Below, piece by piece: positions 18,758 to 28,217 of a stretch of DNA of 64,000 nucleotides (its first letter is position 1; each line of letters opens with the position of its first letter). The notes beneath the pieces are model-generated. The model saw nothing but the letters and a program-made list of their open reading frames with translations. It searched no databases and was not told the DNA's origin. A program made the translations under genes and the position numbers. The stretch comes from a bacterium (GTDB taxonomy: Bacteria; Bacteroidota; Ignavibacteria; UBA10030), in NCBI GenBank assembly GCA_043803945.1, contig JAZDJN010000087.1, positions 317,126 through 381,125 on the forward strand, in the 5' to 3' direction.

Positions 18758-19459
18758 ATGTTGGAAAGTATTTTCAATTGGTTGTCGAATGCAATGAATG
18801 GGCAGTTCGAACTTGCACTCGTTGCGGCATTTGGATGGGGCGTGATTAGTATAGTCCTGAGTCCGTGCCATTTATCGAGCATTCCGCTTGTGGTGGGATA
18901 CATCAGCAGCCAGAACAGCCATGAAATGAATCATCCTTTCCGAATATCGTTTGTCTTTGGGATGGGCATCCTCATCACCATTGGTTTGATTGGTACAATT
19001 ACTGCGGCGTTAGGGCGAATGATGGGCGATGTCGGTGTTTGGGGTAATCTTTTTGTTGCAGCAGTATTCTTTATTGTTGGATTATATTTGATGGACATCA
19101 TCAGTATCAACTGGAATAGTTTTACACCGAGTGCATCGCTCGCTCGCGGATGGAAAGGAGCGCTGCTGCTAGGACTTCTCTTCGGCATTGGACTCGGTCC
19201 TTGCACCTTTGGCTTTATGGCTCCGGTGCTCGGCGTTGTGTTCAATGTTTCCGCAACCAATATCATACAGGCAATTTCATTGTTGGCAGCTTTCGGGATC
19301 GGGCACTGTTTCGTTCTCGTATTGGCAGGCGGCACAGCAGGGACTGTACAAAAGTATCTCAATTGGACAGAGAAGACAAAAGGCGCAACATATCTAAAAC
19401 GCATCGCAGGTGCATTAGTGATGGTTGCAGGTATGTATTACCTCTATACGGCGTTATGA
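18758..19459 (+). CDS. ccdA: CcdA/DsbD transmembrane electron transporter
   Basis: LSPCHL and GPCT redox cysteines in a multi-pass membrane protein. Confidence 0.85.
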   Translation: MLESIFNWLSNAMNGQFELALVAAFGWGVISIVLSPCHLSSIPLVVGYISSQNSHEMNHPFRISFVFGMGILITIGLIGTITAALGRMMGDVGVWGNLFVAAVFFIVGLYLMDIISINWNSFTPSASLARGWKGALLLGLLFGIGLGPCTFGFMAPVLGVVFNVSATNIIQAISLLAAFGIGHCFVLVLAGGTAGTVQKYLNWTEKTKGATYLKRIAGALVMVAGMYYLYTAL

Positions 19460-19576
19460 GAGGATTACAGGAGTATCAATGCTTAGTTATGCAGAGATGA
19501 TAATATTCGCGCTGCATTCGTTGGATTGGCTGCAGAGAACTGCTGTTGATCACATCGTAGAAAACCGAGGTATCTG

Positions 19577-19852
19577 ATGCCCGGTTCATGTTGTGCAAAT
19601 CCAATTGCTACCATAATCAAAGTCGGAAATTTCGATGCTGGCATCGTGGGCTTGGAGGCAGCGTTACGAAATGTCTACATCTCCGCTGTTGAGGATGAGG
19701 AGCAGGTGAAGACTGATCTTTTACGATGGGTGAAGGAGTTCGGAAACTACATCGCACCCCCCTCGGAACACGACTATAAAGAGGCCCTCTTCCGTGAATA
19801 CCAGAAATTTGCGGTAAAAACAGAGCGAGAAGCGAAGCTACAACGATCATGA
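19577..19852 (+). CDS. Small hypothetical protein with N-terminal Cys-Cys
   Basis: GAGG RBS; MPGSCCA, GIVGL, NYIAP and YKEALFREY; inside the ars operon. Confidence 0.65.
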   Translation: MPGSCCANPIATIIKVGNFDAGIVGLEAALRNVYISAVEDEEQVKTDLLRWVKEFGNYIAPPSEHDYKEALFREYQKFAVKTEREAKLQRS

Positions 19853-19861
19853 AAAGGGCGT

Positions 19862-20299
19862 GTGTCTATGAATTTCGATAGATCACAATCAGGCTTTGTC
19901 ACGACCAATGGTATGCATAACCTCTCGCCGCGTGAAGCTGCAAAGTGGTGCTCCGAAGGAGCAATTACCCTCGATGTTCGAGAGGAGTACGTTAACCAGT
20001 ACAAGAAATTCTCCGTTCCCGTTTCAATTCAGATTCCCTTCAGTCAGTTACATCAAGCATTCCAACAACTACCAAAAGACAAATGGATCATCGTGGCTGA
20101 TTCATCAGGTATGCAGAGCAAAGCAGCGTATGAGTTCCTGCAACAGAATGGATATACACAACTTTCAAATCTCGCCGGTGGGATGGTGGAGTGGGAACGT
20201 GATGGTATGCCTCTGCTCATCGAGAAGAGTGAAAAACTGACCGGCTCGTGCGCGTGCCAGTTACGTGCTCGTGATTCAAAGAAACCAACAATGAAATAG
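19862..20299 (+). CDS. Rhodanese-like domain protein lacking the catalytic Cys
   Basis: LDVRE and NLAGGMVEW. The active-site loop reads ADSSGMQS. C-terminal CAC. Confidence 0.8.
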   Translation: MSMNFDRSQSGFVTTNGMHNLSPREAAKWCSEGAITLDVREEYVNQYKKFSVPVSIQIPFSQLHQAFQQLPKDKWIIVADSSGMQSKAAYEFLQQNGYTQLSNLAGGMVEWERDGMPLLIEKSEKLTGSCACQLRARDSKKPTMK

Positions 20300-20384
20300 A
20301 TTCAGACGTGTCGCTTGAGCTAATGGGGAAATATCCCGTTAATAGAAGAAAGTGTCAGATTAACAACAAGAGAAACGAACCATT

Positions 20385-20813
20385 ATGAACGTCCTTATCC
20401 TCTGTACCGGCAACTCCTGTCGCAGCCAGATGGCGGAAGGTTTTCTAAAATCGATAAGCGATGAGCTCGAAGTATTTTCAGCAGGGACACATCCTGCATC
20501 AACCGTACATCCCAATGCCGTACGTGTGATGAAAGAAATCGGTATTGACCTTTCTACCCATACGCCAAAGGGTGTCGAACAATTCCTGGATCAGGAATAT
20601 GATTATGTCATCACCGTGTGCGGCGAGGCAAAAGAGTCCTGCCCGGCATTCATCAGCACTGTAAAAAACCGAATTCACATGGGATTTGAAGATCCAGCCA
20701 AAGTGACCGGTTCTGAAGAATTTGTTCTCGGAGAATTCAGAAGGATACGAGATCAAATTCGAGACCAGTTTTCTGACTGGGCAAAGCTTGTGCTGAGCAC
20801 TCAGCAATCATAA
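20385..20813 (+). CDS. arsC: Arsenate reductase, LMW-PTPase/thioredoxin-coupled type
   Basis: LCTGNSCRSQMAEG, ITVC...CP and FEDPA. Confidence 0.93.
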   Translation: MNVLILCTGNSCRSQMAEGFLKSISDELEVFSAGTHPASTVHPNAVRVMKEIGIDLSTHTPKGVEQFLDQEYDYVITVCGEAKESCPAFISTVKNRIHMGFEDPAKVTGSEEFVLGEFRRIRDQIRDQFSDWAKLVLSTQQS

Positions 20814-20832
20814 CTCGATCAAGGAATTCATT

Positions 20833-21915
20833 ATGACGGAATCAACCGGGAAAAAGCGACTGAATGTTTTTGAACGATATCTCACACTCTGGGTTGGGCT
20901 TTGTATGATTGCCGGTATCCTTATTGGGAAACTCTTTCCGGGTGTCACAAATGTCTTACGCGAAATGGAATTTGGCACAGGGAGCCATATCAATATTCCC
21001 ATCGCAGTACTCATCTGGCTGATGATCTACCCTATGATGCTGAAAATCGATTTTACGAGCATTCTTGGTGTCCGGAAGAAACCCACCGGATTGCTCATCA
21101 CGCTCGTGATTAATTGGCTCGTAAAACCGTTCTCGATGGCATTCATCGGCTGGCTCTTTTTTACTCAGATCTTTTCATCGTTCATCAATCCGGAACTGGC
21201 AAATCAATACATCGCCGGAGTAATTATTCTCGCTGCTGCACCCTGTACAGCGATGGTGTTCGTCTGGTCGTATTTGACAGATGGAGATCCAGCCTACACA
21301 CTCGTTCAAGTGTCTGTCAATGACCTCATTATGCTCGTCCTCTTTGCCCCCATAGTCAGTTTGCTGGTAAGCGGGGCAAGTACGCTTACCGTTCCCTTTA
21401 TGGTATTGCTCTACAGCGTTATCATTTTTATTGTGATACCCTTGAGTTTAGGCAGTATTAGCCGTTCACTTTTGATGCGGTGGAAAGGGAGAGTGTGGTT
21501 TGAGAGCCGGTTTTTAAGATTTTTTCATCCGATTACCATTCTCGCTCTTTTGACTACCTTAGTCTGCATCTTCGCATTTCAAGCGGATAATATTACCGAC
21601 CGATACTTCCATGTGATCCTCATCGCAGTACCTATTCTCTTACAAGTGTATCTTAATTCCGGACTTACATATGGATTGATGAAATTCTTTCACGTCCCTC
21701 ATGCGATAGCAGCACCAGGAGCCTTAATCGGCGCCAGTAATTTCTTTGAGCTCGCCGTTGCTACTGCGATTGCCCTCTATGGTCCGGAATCTGGGGCAGC
21801 GTTGGCAACGGTTGTCGGTGTTCTCGTTGAGGTTCCTGTCATGCTAAGTGTCTGCAGTATTTGTAACCGGACTCGAGATTGGTTCGATGCTACACCGGTA
21901 ACAATCGAACACTAG
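20833..21915 (+). CDS. acr3: ACR3-family arsenite efflux transporter
   Basis: FERYLTLWV, WLMIYPMM, APCTAMVFVW, SNFFELAVA and GVLVEVPVM. Confidence 0.95.
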   Translation: MTESTGKKRLNVFERYLTLWVGLCMIAGILIGKLFPGVTNVLREMEFGTGSHINIPIAVLIWLMIYPMMLKIDFTSILGVRKKPTGLLITLVINWLVKPFSMAFIGWLFFTQIFSSFINPELANQYIAGVIILAAAPCTAMVFVWSYLTDGDPAYTLVQVSVNDLIMLVLFAPIVSLLVSGASTLTVPFMVLLYSVIIFIVIPLSLGSISRSLLMRWKGRVWFESRFLRFFHPITILALLTTLVCIFAFQADNITDRYFHVILIAVPILLQVYLNSGLTYGLMKFFHVPHAIAAPGALIGASNFFELAVATAIALYGPESGAALATVVGVLVEVPVMLSVCSICNRTRDWFDATPVTIEH

Positions 21916-22082
21916 ATTCAAGAACGTTATCGATAGAGACGTTTTCTTTTAAGGGCGAACCTTATTTTCTCTTTTTGTGATAATCGTTCTTTAGTCCAGT
22001 TGCTTTTTAATCAGCTTTTTTGAACTTTACCATTACCTACTGATCCATTACCACAAAATCACTTTTAGAAAGGGGATGTGGT

Positions 22083-22412
22083 ATGGTTATCTGGCATAAT
22101 TCTCCGGATGCTTCTCGAATCCCGGAACACGTCACCTCATCGCAGGAAGTAGAACTTTGGTTTGGTACTCACCCTATTGAGTGGGGACAAGCAGTCTGGG
22201 TAGAGATCAAGCTGCACAAAGTCGATGGGAAAGAGATTGCTGTCTCGCTTCCTGCCCAGTGGCACTCCAATAACGAGCAGCGCAATAACTCTTACTGGAT
22301 TGCTCGCATCGGCGAATTTGAATCAGGTGACAAACTCGAATATGAAGTACACGGTTCTTGCGGTGATCTTCGGGTTTGTTGCGAAGAAATCTTTTCGTTC
22401 GATGTGAGTTGA
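22083..22412 (+). CDS. Hypothetical small beta-rich protein, possibly a stand-alone Ig/carbohydrate-binding module
   Basis: AAGGGG RBS; Trp-rich beta pattern (WFGTHPIEWGQAVWVE, NSYWIARIG). Confidence 0.55.
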   Translation: MVIWHNSPDASRIPEHVTSSQEVELWFGTHPIEWGQAVWVEIKLHKVDGKEIAVSLPAQWHSNNEQRNNSYWIARIGEFESGDKLEYEVHGSCGDLRVCCEEIFSFDVS

Positions 22413-22449
22413 GTGTGCTGTTGCAATCGTTGCGTGTCGTCTGATTTTC

Positions 22450-23433
22450 TTAAAGCCACCCTTGGGCTTTGTACCAGCGATACGTTTTCTCCAGACCCGC
22501 CTGGAGCGGAATTTCTGAACTGAATCCCAGATCCTGCCGAATACGGTTTGGGGAACAGACCCAATGCTTTACCGCAAAATCCCGTACCTTTTCCACATTC
22601 AGGAGCGGTGGTTTATTAAGAAGCGTAGAAATTGTCTGCGCAATCCCGGCTATTCCATACATCAGAGGCACTGGTATCGGGAGGTGAGTAATTTTCTTCT
22701 GTGCAATTCCGGCAAGGATAGTACCAAGTTCTTCAAATGAAGTGATCTCCTCGTTGGACGCAAAATAGACCTTGCCCACTGCTGCATCCGATGTTGTTGC
22801 CAACAGCGCTGCCCGTGCCAAATCTTGAGCATGGATAATATTCAATGTCTTTCCAGCCTCAGCGACGATGGGCAAATATCCCCAACGAATCCATCGAAAG
22901 AATTCCAAAATATCTCTATCACGCGGCCCATAGACGGCAGGGGGACGCAGAACGACAATTGGCAATCGATCTCGATAGGAGAGGCAAAGTTGTTCGGCTT
23001 CAAGTTTTGACACTCCGTACGAGGTAATAGGGCGGCATGGAGCAGACTCATCAAACGGGAAACCGTCAGGACTTGGTCCAACGGCGGTTAAGCTCCCCAT
23101 GAAGAGGATTTTTTTTAATCGAGTACTTTGAAGAGCAAATTCCAGCAAATGACGGGTAGTTTCGACATTCCCCTCAAAAAAATCTTTCTTCCGAACAGCC
23201 TTTGTAATACCGGCGATATGAACGATGTAATCAAAAGAATTGACAAGAGCATGAAGAGTGTCTATTTTCATTAAATCGGATTGAATCACTGTGACGGGCA
23301 GGTTTGTCAACCAACCAAGATCTCTCCGGCCGGGCCGGATGATACAATGGACATCAAATCCCTGCTGTAAAAAATGTTCGACAGTGTGGCTGCCGATGAA
23401 ACCAGTTCCCCCTGTAATAAGTACTGTTGCGAT
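22450..23433 (-). CDS. NAD-dependent epimerase/dehydratase (extended SDR), candidate ceramide or 3-ketosphinganine reductase
   Basis: Extending the track ORF 41 codons upstream adds the Rossmann motif ATVLITGGTGFIG. YGVSK catalytic motif and RPPAVYGP. The apparent start is ATC after GGAGG. Confidence 0.8.
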   Translation of the reverse strand: MATVLITGGTGFIGSHTVEHFLQQGFDVHCIIRPGRRDLGWLTNLPVTVIQSDLMKIDTLHALVNSFDYIVHIAGITKAVRKKDFFEGNVETTRHLLEFALQSTRLKKILFMGSLTAVGPSPDGFPFDESAPCRPITSYGVSKLEAEQLCLSYRDRLPIVVLRPPAVYGPRDRDILEFFRWIRWGYLPIVAEAGKTLNIIHAQDLARAALLATTSDAAVGKVYFASNEEITSFEELGTILAGIAQKKITHLPIPVPLMYGIAGIAQTISTLLNKPPLLNVEKVRDFAVKHWVCSPNRIRQDLGFSSEIPLQAGLEKTYRWYKAQGWL

Positions 23434-23557
23434 AAACCCTCCAAATCCATTTGGTTTCGTTGACTTTCTTTGACTATTGAAGTATATTCAAAAAAAGATG
23501 TACAAGCAATCAGGGACTTCCATTGCTGTAGCCACCCATATTAGACTGGAGACTGAA

Positions 23558-24772
23558 TTGGATCTATTTGAGAAATGTCGCAGTTTTACCCGTGCCGATG
23601 AGGTGAAGGCGCTTGGTCTTTATCCCTACTTCCACGCTATCGAGGAAAGTGAAGGACCTGTTGTTAAAATCGAAGGTCGCAGAATCATCATGGCGGGATC
23701 AAATAATTATCTCGGTTTGACTGCTCACCCCAAAGTCAGAGAAGCTGCTATTGAAGCCGTACGGAAGTACGGCACCGGATGTTCCGGCTCACGCTATCTA
23801 ACGGGCACGCTTGACCTGCATGTGGAACTTGAGGCGCGGCTCGCCAAGTTCATGGGAAAAGAGGACTGCCTACTTTATAGCACAGGATATCAAACGCCTC
23901 AGGGTATTATTCCCACACTCGTTGGACGTGGAGAATATGTTGTCTCTGATAAGGATAACCATGCAAGCATCGTAGCCGGAACCCTGGTTGCTGCCGGGCA
24001 GGCTTCGTACATTTCCGACAGCGGCAATGGAGTGATTCGATATAAGCACAACGATATGAATCATCTCGAGGTAGTCATTTCCGCCCTGCTCCTGGAAGCG
24101 CCGAAGTTGATTGTGACCGATGGCGTCTTCAGTACTTCAGGCGAAATTGTCGACCTTCCGAATCTCGTGAAGGTTGCCAAAAAATACAATGCAAAAGTCC
24201 TGGTGGATGATGCGCATGCCATTGGTGTTATTGGTAAAGGAGGCCGCGGCACAGCAAGTCACTTTGGTCTGGAGCAGGAAACCGATATGACCTTTGGGAC
24301 ATTCAGCAAGACGTTTGCCTCATTAGGCGGATTTGTGGTTGGAGAACGCAATGTCATCAATTATCTCAAGCATCATGCTCCTGCACTGATCTTTAGTGCA
24401 AGCCCGACTCCCGCTTCAGTCGCATCAGCGTTAGCTGCCCTCGATGTTCTGGAAAAAGAACCAGAACGGGTTGATAAACTTCTCAAGAATGCAAGAAAGA
24501 TGCGCGCAGGATTTAAAGCGATGGGATATCATGTCGGCGAACACGATTCCGCTGTAGTTCCCGTGATCATCGGCGATACTGAAAAAGTACTCCTGATGTG
24601 GCGTGCACTCTTCGATGCGGGAGTTTTTGTGAATGCCTTTATTCGACCGGGTGTGCCGCCGGGATTGGAGATGTTGCGGACCAGTTATATGGCCACACAC
24701 GAAAATGAACACCTTGATAAGATTCTGGAAGTCTTCTCGATCGTTGGGAAGAAGATGGGCGTTCTCAACTAA
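23558..24772 (+). CDS. spt: Serine palmitoyltransferase-like alpha-oxoamine synthase
   Basis: TTG start after GGAG (MDLFEKC). [19 protein letters not shown] and PLP motif GTFSKT, resembling Bacteroidota Spt more than BioF. Confidence 0.75.
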   Translation: MDLFEKCRSFTRADEVKALGLYPYFHAIEESEGPVVKIEGRRIIMAGSNNYLGLTAHPKVREAAIEAVRKYGTGCSGSRYLTGTLDLHVELEARLAKFMGKEDCLLYSTGYQTPQGIIPTLVGRGEYVVSDKDNHASIVAGTLVAAGQASYISDSGNGVIRYKHNDMNHLEVVISALLLEAPKLIVTDGVFSTSGEIVDLPNLVKVAKKYNAKVLVDDAHAIGVIGKGGRGTASHFGLEQETDMTFGTFSKTFASLGGFVVGERNVINYLKHHAPALIFSASPTPASVASALAALDVLEKEPERVDKLLKNARKMRAGFKAMGYHVGEHDSAVVPVIIGDTEKVLLMWRALFDAGVFVNAFIRPGVPPGLEMLRTSYMATHENEHLDKILEVFSIVGKKMGVLN

Positions 24773-24807
24773 GATGGATCTCGTCTCACAATAATTTTTC
24801 ACAAAGG

Positions 24808-24850
24808 GAAAGCCGCAGGTAAAATGTATCTGCGGCTTTCTGCTTTATTT
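24808..24850 (+). terminator. Stem-loop or terminator between spt and the GNAT gene
   Basis: GAAAGCCGCAG / CTGCGGCTTTC 11-bp stem followed by TGCTTTATTT. Confidence 0.65.
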
Positions 24851-24892
24851 TCAATACATCCATCCTCAAGTCATTAGATCAGAGGTCATTCG

Positions 24893-26011
24893 ATGAGTAG
24901 TATCACAGTACGAGAAGTGCAATCGAACAAGGATCGTGATGAGTTTATCAAATTTCTCTGGAAAATTTACGACGGTAATCCTTACTGGGTTCCACCGCTT
25001 CTGATTGATCGGAAGAAATTGATGGACAGGCAAAAGAAGCCATTCTACAAGCACGCGGACGTGCAATTCCTAATCGCTGAACAAGATGGTGAGATGGTGG
25101 GACGTATTGCTGCTATTGTGAACCATAACCACATCAAAGAACATCAGGAACAGGTTGGATTCTTCGGCTTCTTTGAATCGATTAACGATCAACAGGTCGC
25201 AAACACGCTCTTTGACGCGGCAAAGAAGTTTCTCAAAGAGAAGGGAATGACCGCCGTGCGTGGACCGGCCAATCCATCCGTCAACGACGAATACGGCCTG
25301 CTCATAAAGGGATTCGACCAGAGTCCGACTATTTTGATGACGTACAATCCGGAGTATTATCCAACATTGATCGAGCGATATGGTTTTTCAAAGGCGAAAG
25401 ATCTTTATGCGTATCTCCTGAAACAGGAGTTGTTCTATTCGGAAAAAATGGTACGGGCGAACAGGTTAATCCGGGAAAGGAACCATCTCACGTTTCGTTG
25501 CATTGACATGAAGGATTTTCACCGCGATGTCGAAATCATCAAGAAACTATACAATACCGCGTGGGCAAAAAATTGGGGTGCTGTTCCAATGACCGAAGAT
25601 GAAATGGATACTCTTGCCAAGGATTTAAAACCGCTCGTTGTTCCGGAACTGGTGGTCTTCGCGGAGAGGAACGGAGAACCTGTCGGTTTTTCGCTCGCGA
25701 TGCCGGATATCAATGTATCCTTGAAATATAATAAGAAGGGGAGATTGCTTCCCGGACTGTTCCATTTGTTTTTCCATAAGAAAGAAATTAATTTAGTACG
25801 CATTCTCGTACTCGGCGTGTTGCCGGAATATCTCAACACCGGAGCGGGTGGAGCCTTGTTTTATGAAACGGCTGTTCATGCCAAAGAACTTGGGTATGAT
25901 TTCGGCGAGGCGAGCTGGATTCTTGAGGATAACGAGCGCATGGTCCGCTCGGCTGAACTTATGCAAGGTGAAATTTCTAAAACATATCGAATTTATCAAA
26001 TGACGATTTAG
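24893..26011 (+). CDS. Tandem-GNAT protein (YghO-like), candidate bacterial ceramide synthase
   Basis: PYWVPPL, GRIAA, GFFGFFES, MTYNPEYY, AWAKNWGAVP, SWILEDN and KTYRIY; directly after spt. Confidence 0.75.
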   Translation: MSSITVREVQSNKDRDEFIKFLWKIYDGNPYWVPPLLIDRKKLMDRQKKPFYKHADVQFLIAEQDGEMVGRIAAIVNHNHIKEHQEQVGFFGFFESINDQQVANTLFDAAKKFLKEKGMTAVRGPANPSVNDEYGLLIKGFDQSPTILMTYNPEYYPTLIERYGFSKAKDLYAYLLKQELFYSEKMVRANRLIRERNHLTFRCIDMKDFHRDVEIIKKLYNTAWAKNWGAVPMTEDEMDTLAKDLKPLVVPELVVFAERNGEPVGFSLAMPDINVSLKYNKKGRLLPGLFHLFFHKKEINLVRILVLGVLPEYLNTGAGGALFYETAVHAKELGYDFGEASWILEDNERMVRSAELMQGEISKTYRIYQMTI

Positions 26012-26064
26012 CGTTGTTGCGGATTCTAAAGTCGTACGAACCAGCTTTTCAGAAGGATGACTCG

Positions 26065-26982
26065 ATGCCTCTTCAAAAAGTCGAATTTATATGGATGAAT
26101 GGAACACTTGTTAAATGGGAGGATGCGAACATTCACATTCTCTCCCATGTGATTCATTACGGATCAAGCTGGTTTGAAGGTATTCGATGTTATGAAACGG
26201 CAAAGGGATCGGCTATTTTCCGGTTCGAGGACCATCTGCGTCGATTGTACGATTCCGCTCGGATGTACCGGGCAAAAATCCCTTACACTCCTGCTCAACT
26301 CGAAGCGGCGACAAAGGAACTCATCAAAGCAAATAAGATGAAATCCTGCTACATTCGTCCACTTGCGTACCGGGGTTATGGCGATGTGGGAGTGAATCCA
26401 TTCCCATGCCCTGTCGAAGTCAGCATTGCCGTTTGGGATTGGGGTGCCTATCTCGGTGGTGGAGCGCTGGAAAAGGGAATCGATGTGTGTGTCTCGTCCT
26501 GGCAGCGATTTGCACCCAATACTCTTCCAACGATGGCAAAATCGGGCGGCAATTATCTTAATTCACAACTGATTAAGATGGAGGCCCTTGCAGAGGGATA
26601 TGCCGAAGGGATCGCACTTGATGTGAACGGGAATATCAGCGAGGGGAGCGGCGAAAATATTTTTCTGATCCGCGATAAGGTTATTTATACACCTCCGGTT
26701 ACCTCGGCCCTTCTCCCGGGTATTACACGGTTGTCGATCCTCACCCTGGCGAAGGATCTCGGATATGAACTCCGTGAAATGAATCTGCCGCGGGAAATGC
26801 TTTATGTTGTCGATGAGATATTTTTTACAGGGACAGCGGCAGAGATTACACCGGTTCGGTCCGTGGATAAAATGTCCATTGGATCTGGCGAGCCGGGACC
26901 TGTCACGCGATACATTCAGGAAGCGTTCTTCAAAGTTGTTCGTGAAGGAAACGACAAGTATGGATGGCTCAATTTTATCTAA
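26065..26982 (+). CDS. ilvE: Branched-chain amino acid aminotransferase
   Basis: HYGSSWFEGIRCY, AKSGGNY, EGSGENIF, LPGITR and FTGTAAEITP. Confidence 0.95.
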   Translation: MPLQKVEFIWMNGTLVKWEDANIHILSHVIHYGSSWFEGIRCYETAKGSAIFRFEDHLRRLYDSARMYRAKIPYTPAQLEAATKELIKANKMKSCYIRPLAYRGYGDVGVNPFPCPVEVSIAVWDWGAYLGGGALEKGIDVCVSSWQRFAPNTLPTMAKSGGNYLNSQLIKMEALAEGYAEGIALDVNGNISEGSGENIFLIRDKVIYTPPVTSALLPGITRLSILTLAKDLGYELREMNLPREMLYVVDEIFFTGTAAEITPVRSVDKMSIGSGEPGPVTRYIQEAFFKVVREGNDKYGWLNFI

Positions 26983-26994
26983 GGGTATACGCCG

Positions 26995-27612
26995 ATGAAA
27001 ACTACAGGGGAAAATTCGCTTTGGAAAAATATCTTTTCACGCGGCGATACTCCCGATGGCAGTACTGAAGCTCTTCTTAGCCATGTACCGGCCTTTGGAG
27101 CACTCTCACCCCGTGAGTTAAAAGAAGTAGCGGCTATTGTTCATAAGCGCGAGTACCAGTCCGGCGAGCATGTATTCTTTCAGAACGATCCGGGCCTCGG
27201 GATGTATATCATCCGTTCAGGAGAGGTTTCTATTACCATCTCTGAAAAGGAAGGTGAACAAAAAGAGCTGGCCCTTCTCAGGGAAGGTGATTTTTTCGGC
27301 GAGCTGGCTCTTCTTGATGAATCACCCCGTTCTGCCACCGCAATCTGTAAAACCAATTGCTCACTCATTGGTTTTTTCCGCCCCGATCTGTTTGAACTGA
27401 TCGAAAAAGAAACAGACCTTGGCGTCAAGATCATTCTGAAACTGGCTGAGATTGTTGCGGAACGGCTTCGAAAAACCGATATTGAACTTTCAAAAGTAAA
27501 AAGTCAGCTTGATCAAGTGGAACACAAACGCGATCGCTCCGAACGGTTAAAAAAGGAAGCAGGTCATGGCAAAGACAAAACAACCCACCAAAAGAAAACT
27601 CCAGCGTCATAG
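26995..27612 (+). CDS. Cyclic-nucleotide-binding domain protein
   Basis: MYIIRSGEV and GDFFGELALLDESPRSATA. Confidence 0.9.
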   Translation: MKTTGENSLWKNIFSRGDTPDGSTEALLSHVPAFGALSPRELKEVAAIVHKREYQSGEHVFFQNDPGLGMYIIRSGEVSITISEKEGEQKELALLREGDFFGELALLDESPRSATAICKTNCSLIGFFRPDLFELIEKETDLGVKIILKLAEIVAERLRKTDIELSKVKSQLDQVEHKRDRSERLKKEAGHGKDKTTHQKKTPAS

Positions 27613-28102
27613 AGCATCTGCTGCCGAGAAGCCTAAGAGCAGCATCCAGCTCAAACGTATACTGGTTCCTATTGATTTCTCTGAGCACTCAAAAAGTGCA
27701 CTGAGGTATGCTGTTTCGTTCGCGCAACAATTTCATGCCTCTCTTGACCTGATCTATGTCGTTGAACCCACGGTCTACCCAGCCGATTTCAGTTTTGGCC
27801 AGATCGGGTTTCCCAATGTCGAGGAGGAATTGCGAAAGAAGGGTATGGAGGAGTTGGAGGAACTGGTAAAGGCTAAAATCGGCAATCGCGTTCCAGCATC
27901 GTCCATTGTCCGAACCGGGAAAGCGTTCTATGAAATTGATGAATATGCCCGGGAAACTGCGGTAGACTTGATCATTATTGCCACCCACGGACACACCGGC
28001 GTTGAACATATTCTCTTCGGCAGCACGGCGGAAAAAGTTGTTCGCCATGCCCCTTGCCCGGTGCTTGTTCTCCGGAAAGGTGAAAAAGAGTTTGTGGTTT
28101 AG
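27566..28102 (+). CDS. Universal stress protein
   Basis: ILVPIDFSEHS, IIATHGHTG and FGSTAEKVVRHAPCPVL. Confidence 0.93.
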   Translation: MAKTKQPTKRKLQRHRASAAEKPKSSIQLKRILVPIDFSEHSKSALRYAVSFAQQFHASLDLIYVVEPTVYPADFSFGQIGFPNVEEELRKKGMEELEELVKAKIGNRVPASSIVRTGKAFYEIDEYARETAVDLIIIATHGHTGVEHILFGSTAEKVVRHAPCPVLVLRKGEKEFVV

Positions 28103-28217
28103 GAGAAATGATTCAGGCGGCCTCTTGCTTCATGCTTTCTCGCATGGAGAGGAAGGGGATACCCTGTTCTGGCTGAGGTGGTCTTCCGATTTTCGATTGA
28201 AGCTGGAAAGAGGGAAA

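Noticed and set aside
16458-21915. Selenocysteine recoding in the redox proteins of the ars operon
   Set aside because: All redox motifs are encoded with Cys and no in-frame TGA was found at those positions.
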